Positions 16,972 through 26,694 of a DNA stretch of 45,806 nt are shown here, one piece after another. Every line of letters begins with the position of its first letter. Position 1 is the stretch's first letter. The notes under the pieces were generated by a model. That model had not been told where the DNA came from. It did not search any database and was given only the letters and a program-made list of their open reading frames with translations. A program made the position numbers and the translations under genes. This stretch comes from a virus (taxonomy: Duplodnaviria > Caudoviricetes): positions 1 through 45,806 of IMG/VR virus record IMGVR_UViG_3300033076_000548. One strand, 5' to 3'.

Positions 16972-18864
16972 ATAGATAGCTTCCAAACATACATTCACAA
17001 ATCTCGTTACGCTCGTTGGCGGGATGACCTTGGTCGGCGTGAGACATGGGAAGAGACAGTGACACGCTATTGTGACTTCTGGAAAGCTCGTTACCCAGAG
17101 GTGTTTCCTTATGAGGAAGTGTACCAAGCCATCTACAATATGGACGTAATGCCCAGTATGCGGGCATTGATGACAGCAGGGAAAGCTCTGGAACGAGATA
17201 ACATTGCTGGGTACAACTGCTCGTATATACCCATTGTAGACCAACGGTGCTTTGATGAAATAATGTTCATCTTGATGAACGGCACAGGTGTTGGTTATTC
17301 TGTAGAAAGGCAATATGTTTCAAAGCTTCCTGAAGTGGCTGAAAGCTTTCATGACAGCGACACCACAATTAAAGTGGCAGATAGCAAGCAAGGATGGGCA
17401 GGCGCTCTCCGCCAGCTTATCTCTCTCCTATATTCGGGACAAGTGCCCAAGTGGGATGTTAGCGGAGTTAGGGCGGCTGGTACACGCCTTAAGACTTTCG
17501 GGGGACGGAGTTCCGGTCCAAAACCTCTTACAGATTTGTTCTCCTTCACTGTTGGTTTATTTAGGAAGGCGGCTGGAAGAAAGCTCACAAGTGTGGAGTG
17601 CTCAGACCTCGTATGTAAAATTGCTCAGGTTGTCGTGGTCGGAGGAGTGCGGAGATCAGCTCTCATTTGTCTTTCAAATCTTACCGACGAGCGGATGCGT
17701 AATTACAAGAACGGACAATGGTGGGAAAACGATGGACAACGAGCATTAGCCAATATCAGCGCGGCTTACACAGAGAAGCCCGACATTGGTATTTTTATGA
17801 AGGAATGGCAGGCATTATATGAAAGTAAATCAGGAGAGCGTGGAATATTTAATCGAGTTGCTGCTAGAAAGCAAAGCGAACTTACAGGCCGTCGAAACAC
17901 GGATTACGATTTTGGAACAAATCCTTGTGGGGAAATTATCCTCCGTCCATTTGGATTCTGTAACCTATCTGAGGTGGTTGTCCGAAGCGGAGACAATTTT
18001 GAGACCCTTGCCAGGAAAGTTAAAATTGCTAGCATCATTGGCACGTTTCAGTCTACCCTCACCGACTTCAAGTACATCCGAAAGCAATGGCGAGTAAATG
18101 CTGAGGAAGAACGCTTGCTTGGTGTTTCTATGACAGGTATTATGGATCACCCTGCTCTTAATGGTAAACAAACATACTTAGACGGAAAAGGAGATGCTCT
18201 TCCTGCTGTACTAACAAAGCTGAAGCAACATGCAATTGACACAAATAAAGAGTGGGCTAATAAGCTTAATATTTGTCCTTCTGCCGCTATCCACACTGTC
18301 AAGCCATCTGGAACGGTCAGCCAGTTGGTGGATAGTGCTAGTGGCATTCATCCTCGCCATAATCAATTCTACATTAGAACTGTGCGAGCTGATAGCAAAG
18401 ATCCGCTTGCCAAATTTATGCAAGAGCAAGGAGTGCCCTGCGAATCAGATGTCACCAACCCAAACAACCTCGTATTCAGCTTCCCTATCGCCGCTCCAGC
18501 AGGCAGCCTTACTAGGAATGATAGATCAGCAATTGAGGCTTTGGAGCACTACCTACTCTTTAAACAACACTGGTGTGAGCACAACCCCTCAATCACTGTG
18601 TACGTCAAAGAACACGAATGGCTTGAAGTAGGGGCGTGGGTCTATAAGCATTTGGATGACCTAGGTGGTGTTAGCTTCCTCCCCCATTCAGAGCATGTCT
18701 ACCAACAAGCTCCTTATCAGGACATCGATCAGCAGGAATATGAAGCTAGAAAGGCTTCATTTCCGATGATCAATTGGGCTGCTTTCGACAGCTACGAAGT
18801 AGAAGACACAACAACAAGTACACACGAACTGGCATGTACCAGTGGTGTTTGTGAACTATTATAA
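16972..18864 (+). CDS. nrdJ: class II (B12-dependent) ribonucleotide reductase, probable ATA start
   Basis: IHKSRYARW..RRETWEETV, PSMR, YNC, VVVGGVRRSA, TNPCGEI, KPSGT, C-terminal CTSGVC; no beta-subunit gene present. Confidence 0.93.
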   Translation: MDSFQTYIHKSRYARWRDDLGRRETWEETVTRYCDFWKARYPEVFPYEEVYQAIYNMDVMPSMRALMTAGKALERDNIAGYNCSYIPIVDQRCFDEIMFILMNGTGVGYSVERQYVSKLPEVAESFHDSDTTIKVADSKQGWAGALRQLISLLYSGQVPKWDVSGVRAAGTRLKTFGGRSSGPKPLTDLFSFTVGLFRKAAGRKLTSVECSDLVCKIAQVVVVGGVRRSALICLSNLTDERMRNYKNGQWWENDGQRALANISAAYTEKPDIGIFMKEWQALYESKSGERGIFNRVAARKQSELTGRRNTDYDFGTNPCGEIILRPFGFCNLSEVVVRSGDNFETLARKVKIASIIGTFQSTLTDFKYIRKQWRVNAEEERLLGVSMTGIMDHPALNGKQTYLDGKGDALPAVLTKLKQHAIDTNKEWANKLNICPSAAIHTVKPSGTVSQLVDSASGIHPRHNQFYIRTVRADSKDPLAKFMQEQGVPCESDVTNPNNLVFSFPIAAPAGSLTRNDRSAIEALEHYLLFKQHWCEHNPSITVYVKEHEWLEVGAWVYKHLDDLGGVSFLPHSEHVYQQAPYQDIDQQEYEARKASFPMINWAAFDSYEVEDTTTSTHELACTSGVCELL

Positions 18865-18874
18865 GAAAGATATA

Positions 18875-19069
18875 ATGTTTAACGTAGATGTTAGTACAAA
18901 CCTAGGCTTCATCGTAGGCTTTCTCATTGCAGATGATGAACAACGTTTCCTGCATGGAATTAAATGGGGGTTTTCCCTTCAGTTGGGTATTTTGTCCATC
19001 AATCTATTCCAATTGGATCCTGACTCAGAACTGTATGGTTTAGAAGAGGACAACGATGAAGAAGTATAA
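18875..19069 (+). CDS. hypothetical protein
   Basis: Short ORF with a hydrophobic core and acidic tail. Confidence 0.55.
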   Translation: MFNVDVSTNLGFIVGFLIADDEQRFLHGIKWGFSLQLGILSINLFQLDPDSELYGLEEDNDEEV

Positions 19070-19298
19070 ATGCCGTGAGGTGGTGGAGGCCAGTAAAATT
19101 GTAGCTGTTATGCAGCGAGGCTTCTCTGGTGGTGCTTGGATTGATACAGATGATCGGGACACACACACTGTTGATAGCCTGTGGTTGATTAAACACAATC
19201 CCCGTGTTGGCGGGTATTTGGTTCGTTATCAAGATGGGTATTTGTCCTTCTCACCAACAAAAGCTTTTGAAGATGGATATACAGAACTCGTAGAATAA
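19056..19298 (+). CDS. conserved small phage protein
   Basis: GGYLVRYQDGYLSFSPTKAFEDGY motif; SD GAGG. Confidence 0.75.
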   Translation: MKKYKCREVVEASKIVAVMQRGFSGGAWIDTDDRDTHTVDSLWLIKHNPRVGGYLVRYQDGYLSFSPTKAFEDGYTELVE

Positions 19299-19304
19299 TT
19301 TAGA

Positions 19305-19352
19305 CAAAAAGAAGGCCCCTTGAGCGCAAGTCTCAAGGGGCCTTTATTATTT
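19305..19352. terminator. bidirectional rho-independent terminator
   Basis: 13-bp stem AAGGCCCCTTGAG/CTCAAGGGGCCTT with A and T tails, between convergent gene blocks. Confidence 0.9.
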
Positions 19353-19357
19353 GTGTG

Positions 19358-19789
19358 TTAATATTTATATTGCCGTACACCAGTACGAATTTGTTCTGCT
19401 ACACGCTTGGCCCTGGCTGGTGTTTGAGAGGCCCATAGGCTCTTCAGCATCTGCTCTGCTGCCTCTGTATATCTCCCATCCTTAATAAGTCCTAACGAGG
19501 TTTTAAAGCCTAGCAGGCCATCAACACCAAGCTGAAAAGCCATGGCAATGAGAGCGTCCAAACGTACCTGGTCAAGAGCTGCCACCCAAGGAGCTTTCTG
19601 GAGCAGCTCTGCTGTCTTCTTCTTGATGTCATTCGTCAGGAGAAAATCTATCTCCTCATCTGACAACCCCCCTCCCTTACGCTCGTCAACCAATCTCCCA
19701 ATACCAATTGTGTAAAACCCCAGGTGGTCCTTATACACAGAAGGCTTCCGTCCTTCTTCCTGTTCTAGTTGTTTAATTAGCTCTTTCAC
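19358..19789 (-). CDS. lysozyme (GH24/T4-type) endolysin
   Basis: EEG...YKDHLGFYTIGIG catalytic E-D-T; MAFQLG; WASQTPARA. Confidence 0.92.
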   Translation of the reverse strand: MKELIKQLEQEEGRKPSVYKDHLGFYTIGIGRLVDERKGGGLSDEEIDFLLTNDIKKKTAELLQKAPWVAALDQVRLDALIAMAFQLGVDGLLGFKTSLGLIKDGRYTEAAEQMLKSLWASQTPARAKRVAEQIRTGVRQYKY

Positions 19790-22700
19790 GTTCCAACTCC
19801 TGAAGCTTCTTCAGCATCAACATTGTTTTAATACTAGCTTTTGGATCTATAGCCTTCCGTTCAACACGAGAAGTGTATTCGTCCACTACTTGTTTCTCAA
19901 GCTTGGTATTCAACCCATCAACATCCCCACCAATCTCAGCATAAAGCCTAACTTTGTCCGCGACATCCTTACCGTTGCGAACATCGCTGTACATTTCTTC
20001 GACAAGCTTGTTCTGGCGCTGTTTAGCTTCAGCTTCCTGCTTCTTCATATTCCACAGCAAGTCCCCCTCAACCACTTCCTTCTGAGGACGGAGCCCCATA
20101 TTGGCAAGCTGACGTTCCTTCTCTCCTCGAATACTGGTGCCCTCACGTGCAGCAATGTCTTTACGAGCAAAAGGAATTGTTGTTCCATCAGCACGCTGTG
20201 CCTGTGTGTACTTCTCCAACAGGTTTTGTGCTACAAATTCCTTCAACCCAGGAGGAGAGACATCGAGAGCAGCTTGACTCCATTTAACTGGATCATCCAC
20301 AGCAGCAGTCGCTTGTGCTACACTAGTCAACTGATGGGTAAGGTCTATCAACATACCACCAGGAATTTGAGGAGCATCAATGATGCTTGGTGCATTCAGA
20401 CGGCTGCTAAACCCAGCACCAGTGGTTGCGCTCAGAGCACCATATGTCACTTTCTCCCCAAACAAATCTAGCAACACCCCTTTAACAGATAAGTCCTTCA
20501 CTGTGTTCCACATCTTTGTAGGAAGAGTGGATTTGGCATATTCCCACATCTTGTCTAGATCTGATATTAGAGGAAGTCCAGCAGCTCCAGCGAGAAGACC
20601 CTGTGTAACCAATCCCACAAACAGAGGAGCAGGATTCCCTCTTCCAAACTCCCTAGCAAAATAACTCCATTGGTTAAACCAGTTGACATTGAATGTCTGT
20701 AGGGTGTTAAAAGCACTACCAATGTTTCCAGCCTTAGAGAACACTTGAGCTTTCTCTGTAGGCCGGGCATCACCCATAGAGATATTGGTGTAGTCTTCTG
20801 CCAGCTTGAACATATCTCCCCAAGTTTCCTTTGAGAACTTCCCACTATCATGCAGATGTTGTACAAAAGACATATAGGCCATAGCACGAGTGAATGTGTC
20901 TGCCAAACTCACTGTCTTGCTAATAGCACGGCTAACAGCATTCCCTTGTCCAATTGGTGTTTCGTCATAAACAGAGCGGTTGGTAACACTGTTGTTTTCA
21001 GCATACTCCATTGCCTGACGCATATGTTCGGGCATGAGAGCATACTTCCCAGACACTTCCTTCCCAATAGCACTGTCAATGGTGTGTACACTACCTAGTT
21101 GCATACCCCCTAATAGCCCCATCACTGTGGTAGAAATGGGATTGCCCTTATACCCCTTAACAGACAAATCTGTGTGGAGAGGTAGGGTGTTGACAAGTTG
21201 TAACACCTGTGCAGCGTTATACCCTACAGAAGACATCAGCTTTTGTGTAACCCAGACAAACTTCATCCCACCAATTGCATCTGCTACAGCCTTGGGACTA
21301 ATACCAGTTTTCTTTCCTAGGTAGTTTTCCATCTCCCTAATCACTTTGTTCTCTCCAAAACCTAAAGCATTCTGCACATATTCCTGTGCCCATTTCACTT
21401 GCTCAGGCTGTGCAGCAACAAGACGCTCATCGGAGAGAATGGTTTTCAGATTGGGCATCGCCTTCTGAATCTCACTCCATTTACTGGCATTCTTAGCGTA
21501 TTGGATTTGGTGTTGGAAAAACTGCTTGGCATCTTCCTTAGAAGACATCCAAGGCCGGTCTCCCACCGCCCCACGCATTTCTGTCTTCTTCTGGAAATGC
21601 TTGGTTTGACCCAGAGCACGCTCTGCCTCTGCTCCCTGCTCAGCTTCAACCAGCTGCTTAATAGATTGAACAATTTCGTTGTCTCTGCCCAAGATATCAA
21701 GCATGGTGCTATAGGCAGCTTGAATATCTGTTGTATCCGCACCACGAGCATTCAATCTATCAAACTTGTCTCCCATAACAAGCTCTGGCATTTTCTTTAG
21801 AAGAGCCTTAGCTTGTCGATCTGCAGACAATCGTGTGCCAGCACGTATTTTCCACACCACTTCCCCTTTAGCATTCTTGATGTTGACACCAAAATCCCCA
21901 TCCCAACGGGAGGCATGGTAGGCTTCCATCCCAGTAATTGGCTCTTTACCAAGAGCTACACGAGCTTCATTCTGTATTTTCAATGTCTCATCAAATAAGG
22001 TACGAATGGCTTGATGAGCATTAACTTGTTTCTCAGAAAACCCAGCGTCAATAAGTTGCTCAGGAGTAAACCTATGTTCGCTGGAAAGCTCTTCCTTCAT
22101 AACAGCATTCAGCTCTACCAAGTCATCAGCAGACAGCTTCTTAAATTCCTTTTCTACAGGAAACACAGTTTCCCTCACCCACTTCTCGTTCCTCTTCCCC
22201 CAGTTTTGTACAATGTCCCCTACAGCCCTAATAAGAGGGCTCTGACGCTTCAAAGCTTCCAAGGTAGCCCCAGCACTGAGGTAGCGGTTTGCACCCGTTC
22301 TACGGGCCTGTAGAGCCTTCTCAACAACACTCTTCGCTTCTGGGTCAGGTTGGATGCCTGTAGCTTTCTCCCTTAACAGCTTAGATGTAGCATCCCCTTG
22401 TACAGGACGGGTTGTTAGTTTGTTCTTTAGCTCTTGAAACCCAGCTACAATTTCCCCAATGTTAATACCACCTCGCTGACCTTTAGGAACAAAGCCCTTA
22501 GAGGCGTAAAGAACACGCTCTTTAATAATGGGGTCCGTGATGTTACCTAGCACAACACTAGCGGGGGCCCCCTCTCGGATTCTCCCTGCCTCCTGTTTAA
22601 TAAAACTCTCCACCTTCTCAGGATAGGAACGCTTCCAGACTTTCCAAGCGTCCTGAGTGGTTTTACCACTAGGAGCAACCCTACCCTCGTGTTTCTGGTA

Positions 22701-24023
22701 AAAAGCATCATAAAGAGCCCTACCTACACCAGTACCCCTATGTTCGGGATTGACATGCACAATGTCTATGTTGGCTGTTTCATCAAGCTGTTTAGCCATG
22801 CCTTCTGGTAGGTTGTCTTTTAAATACCCAACCTTCTTACCATCTACATATGCTTCAAAACCAGTGTCTGTTTTTCTGATGTCAACAGAGGGTTTCTTAA
22901 TAACTACAGAGGATTTCTCGGTAGTTGGTTCCTTAGTGAAATCAAGAGAACGCTGCTCCCCTTCAGGGAACAAATTCATCTGCTCCCCAGTAGGCTCGTT
23001 CTTGTTCTTCCATTCAGTATCAACTGCCTCAGACAAACCCTTCTTCTGTTGTTCACGAATAGTAGGAATGTCTTCAGCAGGAGTACGAACCTCCACACCA
23101 AGGTCTTTAGACGCGGTGCCGTCTCTACCCACATAGATAGGCTCACTTCCTGTCTGTGCTTCACGTTGAAGACGCGCAGCATTCTGGCGAGCAAACTCCA
23201 CCATCTCAGGAGATTCTGTAACACGAGAGGTAGGAGTATCAGCTACATTCCCTTCTTTGTCGACGTACAGCGTTTTGTCCGAGGTTTGTTCCAAAGCCGA
23301 TTGCTTAGCTTTTTCTTCTCGAGCAATAGTTTTTAGATTGGTGAGTTTGTCTTCTAGGTTCTTAGGAGAATAAACACGTCCATGAGGAATAGCAGCAAGA
23401 CCTGCACCAGGAATGGCTGCTAAAGCGGCGCTTTCCCATGTAGGCTCAAACTGTTTCTTTGTAGTTTCTTGCTCAGCAAGGGTGCTAATAGCCTTCTTAG
23501 AGGCAAAGTCTTGGGCTGCATTACTAACGCCACCACCTACCACCCTGCCCGCCAGTGTCTTACCTACACCAGGAATCATCATCCCAGCTACATTACCTGT
23601 GGTGTCTAACAGAGCCCCCATTTGTGCTTTATCCAGAGTTTCACCATTCTCCAGCATAATCTGACCAGTTTCAGCTGGACTAAAAGCCATAGCTCCTATT
23701 TGCAACGGCAAAGTGCCTATAACACCAGCCGCCTTCGCTGCAAACCCCTGCTCTTTCTTGTCTGGATTGGCCCACCTATCACGTTGTTTAATTCTATACT
23801 CCATGTTACGGAATATATCATCAGCAGCGTCTGACCCTTCAAAGGTGTCAGCAAGAGCACCAGCAAACCCAGACAACCCGCGATCTACTGTATTACCAAT
23901 AGCAGCCACAGGCATTGTCAGAGTTTCTCGGCTGAAGAAGTCGCTCTTCTTTGCTGGAGAGGCAGTCTCCCAACCCTCAGCATCCTCCCATTCCCCAGAA
24001 GGGGCATCTTCCCATTGACTCAT
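19773..24023 (-). CDS. large internal virion/ejection protein with an embedded GNAT-like domain
   Basis: 1416 aa; last of three internal-protein genes; VHVNPEHRGTGVGRALY motif. Confidence 0.75.
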   Translation of the reverse strand: MSQWEDAPSGEWEDAEGWETASPAKKSDFFSRETLTMPVAAIGNTVDRGLSGFAGALADTFEGSDAADDIFRNMEYRIKQRDRWANPDKKEQGFAAKAAGVIGTLPLQIGAMAFSPAETGQIMLENGETLDKAQMGALLDTTGNVAGMMIPGVGKTLAGRVVGGGVSNAAQDFASKKAISTLAEQETTKKQFEPTWESAALAAIPGAGLAAIPHGRVYSPKNLEDKLTNLKTIAREEKAKQSALEQTSDKTLYVDKEGNVADTPTSRVTESPEMVEFARQNAARLQREAQTGSEPIYVGRDGTASKDLGVEVRTPAEDIPTIREQQKKGLSEAVDTEWKNKNEPTGEQMNLFPEGEQRSLDFTKEPTTEKSSVVIKKPSVDIRKTDTGFEAYVDGKKVGYLKDNLPEGMAKQLDETANIDIVHVNPEHRGTGVGRALYDAFYQKHEGRVAPSGKTTQDAWKVWKRSYPEKVESFIKQEAGRIREGAPASVVLGNITDPIIKERVLYASKGFVPKGQRGGINIGEIVAGFQELKNKLTTRPVQGDATSKLLREKATGIQPDPEAKSVVEKALQARRTGANRYLSAGATLEALKRQSPLIRAVGDIVQNWGKRNEKWVRETVFPVEKEFKKLSADDLVELNAVMKEELSSEHRFTPEQLIDAGFSEKQVNAHQAIRTLFDETLKIQNEARVALGKEPITGMEAYHASRWDGDFGVNIKNAKGEVVWKIRAGTRLSADRQAKALLKKMPELVMGDKFDRLNARGADTTDIQAAYSTMLDILGRDNEIVQSIKQLVEAEQGAEAERALGQTKHFQKKTEMRGAVGDRPWMSSKEDAKQFFQHQIQYAKNASKWSEIQKAMPNLKTILSDERLVAAQPEQVKWAQEYVQNALGFGENKVIREMENYLGKKTGISPKAVADAIGGMKFVWVTQKLMSSVGYNAAQVLQLVNTLPLHTDLSVKGYKGNPISTTVMGLLGGMQLGSVHTIDSAIGKEVSGKYALMPEHMRQAMEYAENNSVTNRSVYDETPIGQGNAVSRAISKTVSLADTFTRAMAYMSFVQHLHDSGKFSKETWGDMFKLAEDYTNISMGDARPTEKAQVFSKAGNIGSAFNTLQTFNVNWFNQWSYFAREFGRGNPAPLFVGLVTQGLLAGAAGLPLISDLDKMWEYAKSTLPTKMWNTVKDLSVKGVLLDLFGEKVTYGALSATTGAGFSSRLNAPSIIDAPQIPGGMLIDLTHQLTSVAQATAAVDDPVKWSQAALDVSPPGLKEFVAQNLLEKYTQAQRADGTTIPFARKDIAAREGTSIRGEKERQLANMGLRPQKEVVEGDLLWNMKKQEAEAKQRQNKLVEEMYSDVRNGKDVADKVRLYAEIGGDVDGLNTKLEKQVVDEYTSRVERKAIDPKASIKTMLMLKKLQELERERAN

Positions 24024-25057
24024 TATTTAGGCTTTCGTTGTGGGACACCATTGGGTCCAATTCGATAATCGAACTTATTAGGTTCGTAGCTACCAAAGGC
24101 TTGTTTAAAAGTTGCTTCGTCTTGTGCTGCTGCTTTACGAGCTGGATCAGTAACAGGAGAGGGAGTGGGAGAAGCTGCCAAGGGGTTGTTCCCTCCAAAC
24201 CCGGATGGTGTGGCACCAGGTCGTGTAGGAACACCTGCCAAACTACCAACATCCACTTTACCTGCACCACTTTGCTGGCCAGCTAGTGTTTTGCTACGCT
24301 CAAAAGCCTGTAGGGCCTCATCTGCCCTACGTTGGTACTCAGTTGCTTTAGCAAGCAACGCAGTGCGTTCCGGACCAGGCTCCATTGGTAGAGCATCTGC
24401 TAATGCCTCATCCGCAGTGTGCTTATAAAACACAGCACTCTTTTCCAGACCAAGTTTAGACACAAGCTCTTGCTCACTCTTCCCCGCTCGCTCACTCTTC
24501 TTAAACCTACCAGCATCAATCTGCATTTGCATAAGCTCTCGGGCATTTTCTCCCTGCATACCCAGCTTCTGCCTATCACGTTCTTCTTGTAGACGCATCT
24601 TCTCTTGTTCCCTCACCACTGCCTGAGAAAGCAGAGAGAGATGTTTTCCCCGTGCCTGCTCCTGTGGGTCATTGGAATAGAGAGCTTGCTGTGCCTCTTG
24701 CTCAATAGCTCGAAGGTCCTCAGCACGGATGTCACCTGCTAAATGCTTAGCAGCTTGTGATATTTCATCTTCAATAGGTATACCACGTTTGACAGCCACA
24801 TTCCTCTGCTTCAGCTCACTATCTGCCTGGTAGCCAGGAAGAAGAGCTGCCTGCTGACTAATCTCCCCACGCTTTCTCTCTAAATCTAATGGTTGGTCTT
24901 GAGCTTTGAACAACATATCTTGAAGAGCCTGATCTTGGTTGATTTTGTTGTTGTCCTGGGCTTCCATGAATTGCTGTGTGCCAAAATAAGCAGGCATCAC
25001 ACTATGGTCTCCAAATATCTGTCCTAGACCTGGGTATTGTGTTCCAATTTGTGGCAT
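24023..25057 (-). CDS. putative internal virion/ejection protein
   Basis: Q/E/A-rich helical composition and gene position. Confidence 0.65.
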   Translation of the reverse strand: MPQIGTQYPGLGQIFGDHSVMPAYFGTQQFMEAQDNNKINQDQALQDMLFKAQDQPLDLERKRGEISQQAALLPGYQADSELKQRNVAVKRGIPIEDEISQAAKHLAGDIRAEDLRAIEQEAQQALYSNDPQEQARGKHLSLLSQAVVREQEKMRLQEERDRQKLGMQGENARELMQMQIDAGRFKKSERAGKSEQELVSKLGLEKSAVFYKHTADEALADALPMEPGPERTALLAKATEYQRRADEALQAFERSKTLAGQQSGAGKVDVGSLAGVPTRPGATPSGFGGNNPLAASPTPSPVTDPARKAAAQDEATFKQAFGSYEPNKFDYRIGPNGVPQRKPK

Positions 25058-25066
25058 GTATGTTCC

Positions 25067-26683
25067 TTAAAACAGAGCCTCAAGGCCCTTCTTAAATTTC
25101 TTAACCTCTTCAGGACTTTGTTTAGCTTTCTTTTCAAGCTTTTTGAATAAAGAGTCTCCTAGTGTAGAAACTGTGTGTGCGGTAGAGACATATTCACCAT
25201 TTGAGAGCTTGGCAACAATACTGTCAGAAGTTCCTGTTCCAGGACCCCTCACTTTACCACCAGTGGCGAAGGCACCATCCCCAGCATCTCCCCCACTGCC
25301 CGAGTCACCAGCTCCTGAGTCTCCTCCACCAGCAGCACCACCAATACCACCACCCATTCCACCACTATCTCCCATACCACTACCTGAGTCTCCGGCACTA
25401 TCTCCCATACTACCTAAAGCACCTCCAAGTGCTCCTCCTAGACCGGCTTCGCCAGACATCCCACTATCTCCACCTCCGCCCAGTTCACCAACAACACTAC
25501 CAATACCTGCACCAGGAGCAGCAGCGTTCCCTAGACCACCATTTCCACCACCACTAAACAAAGAACTGAGAAGGCTTACAGCTAGAGCCAGGGGAGCTGA
25601 CACCATACCCAAACCGGTCATTGCGGCTGCACTTAAAGCACTAGAATTACTAGGGGCGCCTGCAAGTCCTAGAGCCCCATTTAAACCTGGGACAGCACCA
25701 ATACCAGAGAGCCCCGCTACAGTGTTACCAAGGCCAATAGCTCCTGTAACACCAGTACCAGCCAAACTACTCCCCATCCCAGCCATACCATTTACAGCAT
25801 CACTGCCTGCTGTACCCACATCTTCTCTAGAAGCCCCGGCTTGTGGTGGTCGATAGGGCTGCTCCATGTTTATTGGTTTTGTTTGCCCTTGTGGAGGAGT
25901 GTTTCTGCTTCTCTTCCCATCTGCAATTGCTTGGAAAATATCTACCTTACCACCTTGTGCAAACCCAGGGATGTCAAAATCACTAATGGAAGACTCAAAA
26001 TCCCCCATATTGGAATAGTCAGACCCACCACCAAAATCAAAACTGTCATAATTTTGACCAACACCTAGGTCTGAATAGTAGTCCCCACTACCTGAACCAA
26101 AATCAAAGCTATCATAGTTTTGACCTACGCCTAAATCACTGTAGTAGTCATTACCACCACCATAGTCATAACTATCGTAGTTTTGTGTGGTGTTGAGCAT
26201 GGGGCCTTCAGAAGACCCTATTAAGGAACCTGCCCCCATACCAACATTCTCACCAAACCCATCTCCACGCCGTTTGAACAAGCTTTTAACAGCGGGAGAC
26301 AGTTTAGAAAAACCACCACTCTTTGCTAGTACAGCAGCAATGTCTCTGCCAGCACTATTGGTAGCTTTTTGTTTCTGTTGATAAAGTTGGTTGAGTAGAG
26401 GAGCTGTAGAAGCTTGTTGTCGGCTAGCAGCATCTGCAAGCCTGCCTTGAAGCTCCACCTCACGAGGGCCATATTGACTCCTCCGACCTGCGGCTGCGTC
26501 TTTACGTTCAAGTGTTTGCCTTAAGTTTTGAGCATAAGGACTATCTTGAGCATACAGGTTTTGCATACTCTGAAGCCCTTCAATTTGCTTGTTAGCATCT
26601 TGCTTAGCTCTGTTAGCATTGTATAAACCCAGGCCACCTAAAACACCGAGGTCGGCCAGCTTGCTGTAATCAAAATCTGCCAT
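25067..26683 (-). CDS. putative DNA pilot/ejection protein, Gly-rich
   Basis: N-terminal hydrophobic Gly motif, Gly-rich tracts, FATGGKVRGPGTGTSDSI..LSNGEYV motif. Confidence 0.65.
   Translation of the reverse strand: MADFDYSKLADLGVLGGLGLYNANRAKQDANKQIEGLQSMQNLYAQDSPYAQNLRQTLERKDAAAGRRSQYGPREVELQGRLADAASRQQASTAPLLNQLYQQKQKATNSAGRDIAAVLAKSGGFSKLSPAVKSLFKRRGDGFGENVGMGAGSLIGSSEGPMLNTTQNYDSYDYGGGNDYYSDLGVGQNYDSFDFGSGSGDYYSDLGVGQNYDSFDFGGGSDYSNMGDFESSISDFDIPGFAQGGKVDIFQAIADGKRSRNTPPQGQTKPINMEQPYRPPQAGASREDVGTAGSDAVNGMAGMGSSLAGTGVTGAIGLGNTVAGLSGIGAVPGLNGALGLAGAPSNSSALSAAAMTGLGMVSAPLALAVSLLSSLFSGGGNGGLGNAAAPGAGIGSVVGELGGGGDSGMSGEAGLGGALGGALGSMGDSAGDSGSGMGDSGGMGGGIGGAAGGGDSGAGDSGSGGDAGDGAFATGGKVRGPGTGTSDSIVAKLSNGEYVSTAHTVSTLGDSLFKKLEKKAKQSPEEVKKFKKGLEALF
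26020..26185 (-). repeat. coding tandem repeat (about 22 aa unit)
   Basis: DYYSDLGVGQNYDSFDFG twice plus a partial NYDSYDYG copy. Confidence 0.85.
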
Positions 26684-26694
26684 GTCTTCCTTCC

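Noticed and set aside
25143-25856. Pro-rich 237-aa and His-rich 118-aa + strand ORFs
   Set aside because: Antisense shadows of the Gly-rich minus-strand gene
26020-26185. CRISPR-like array
   Set aside because: Repeats are in-frame coding repeats with synonymous variation and no spacers
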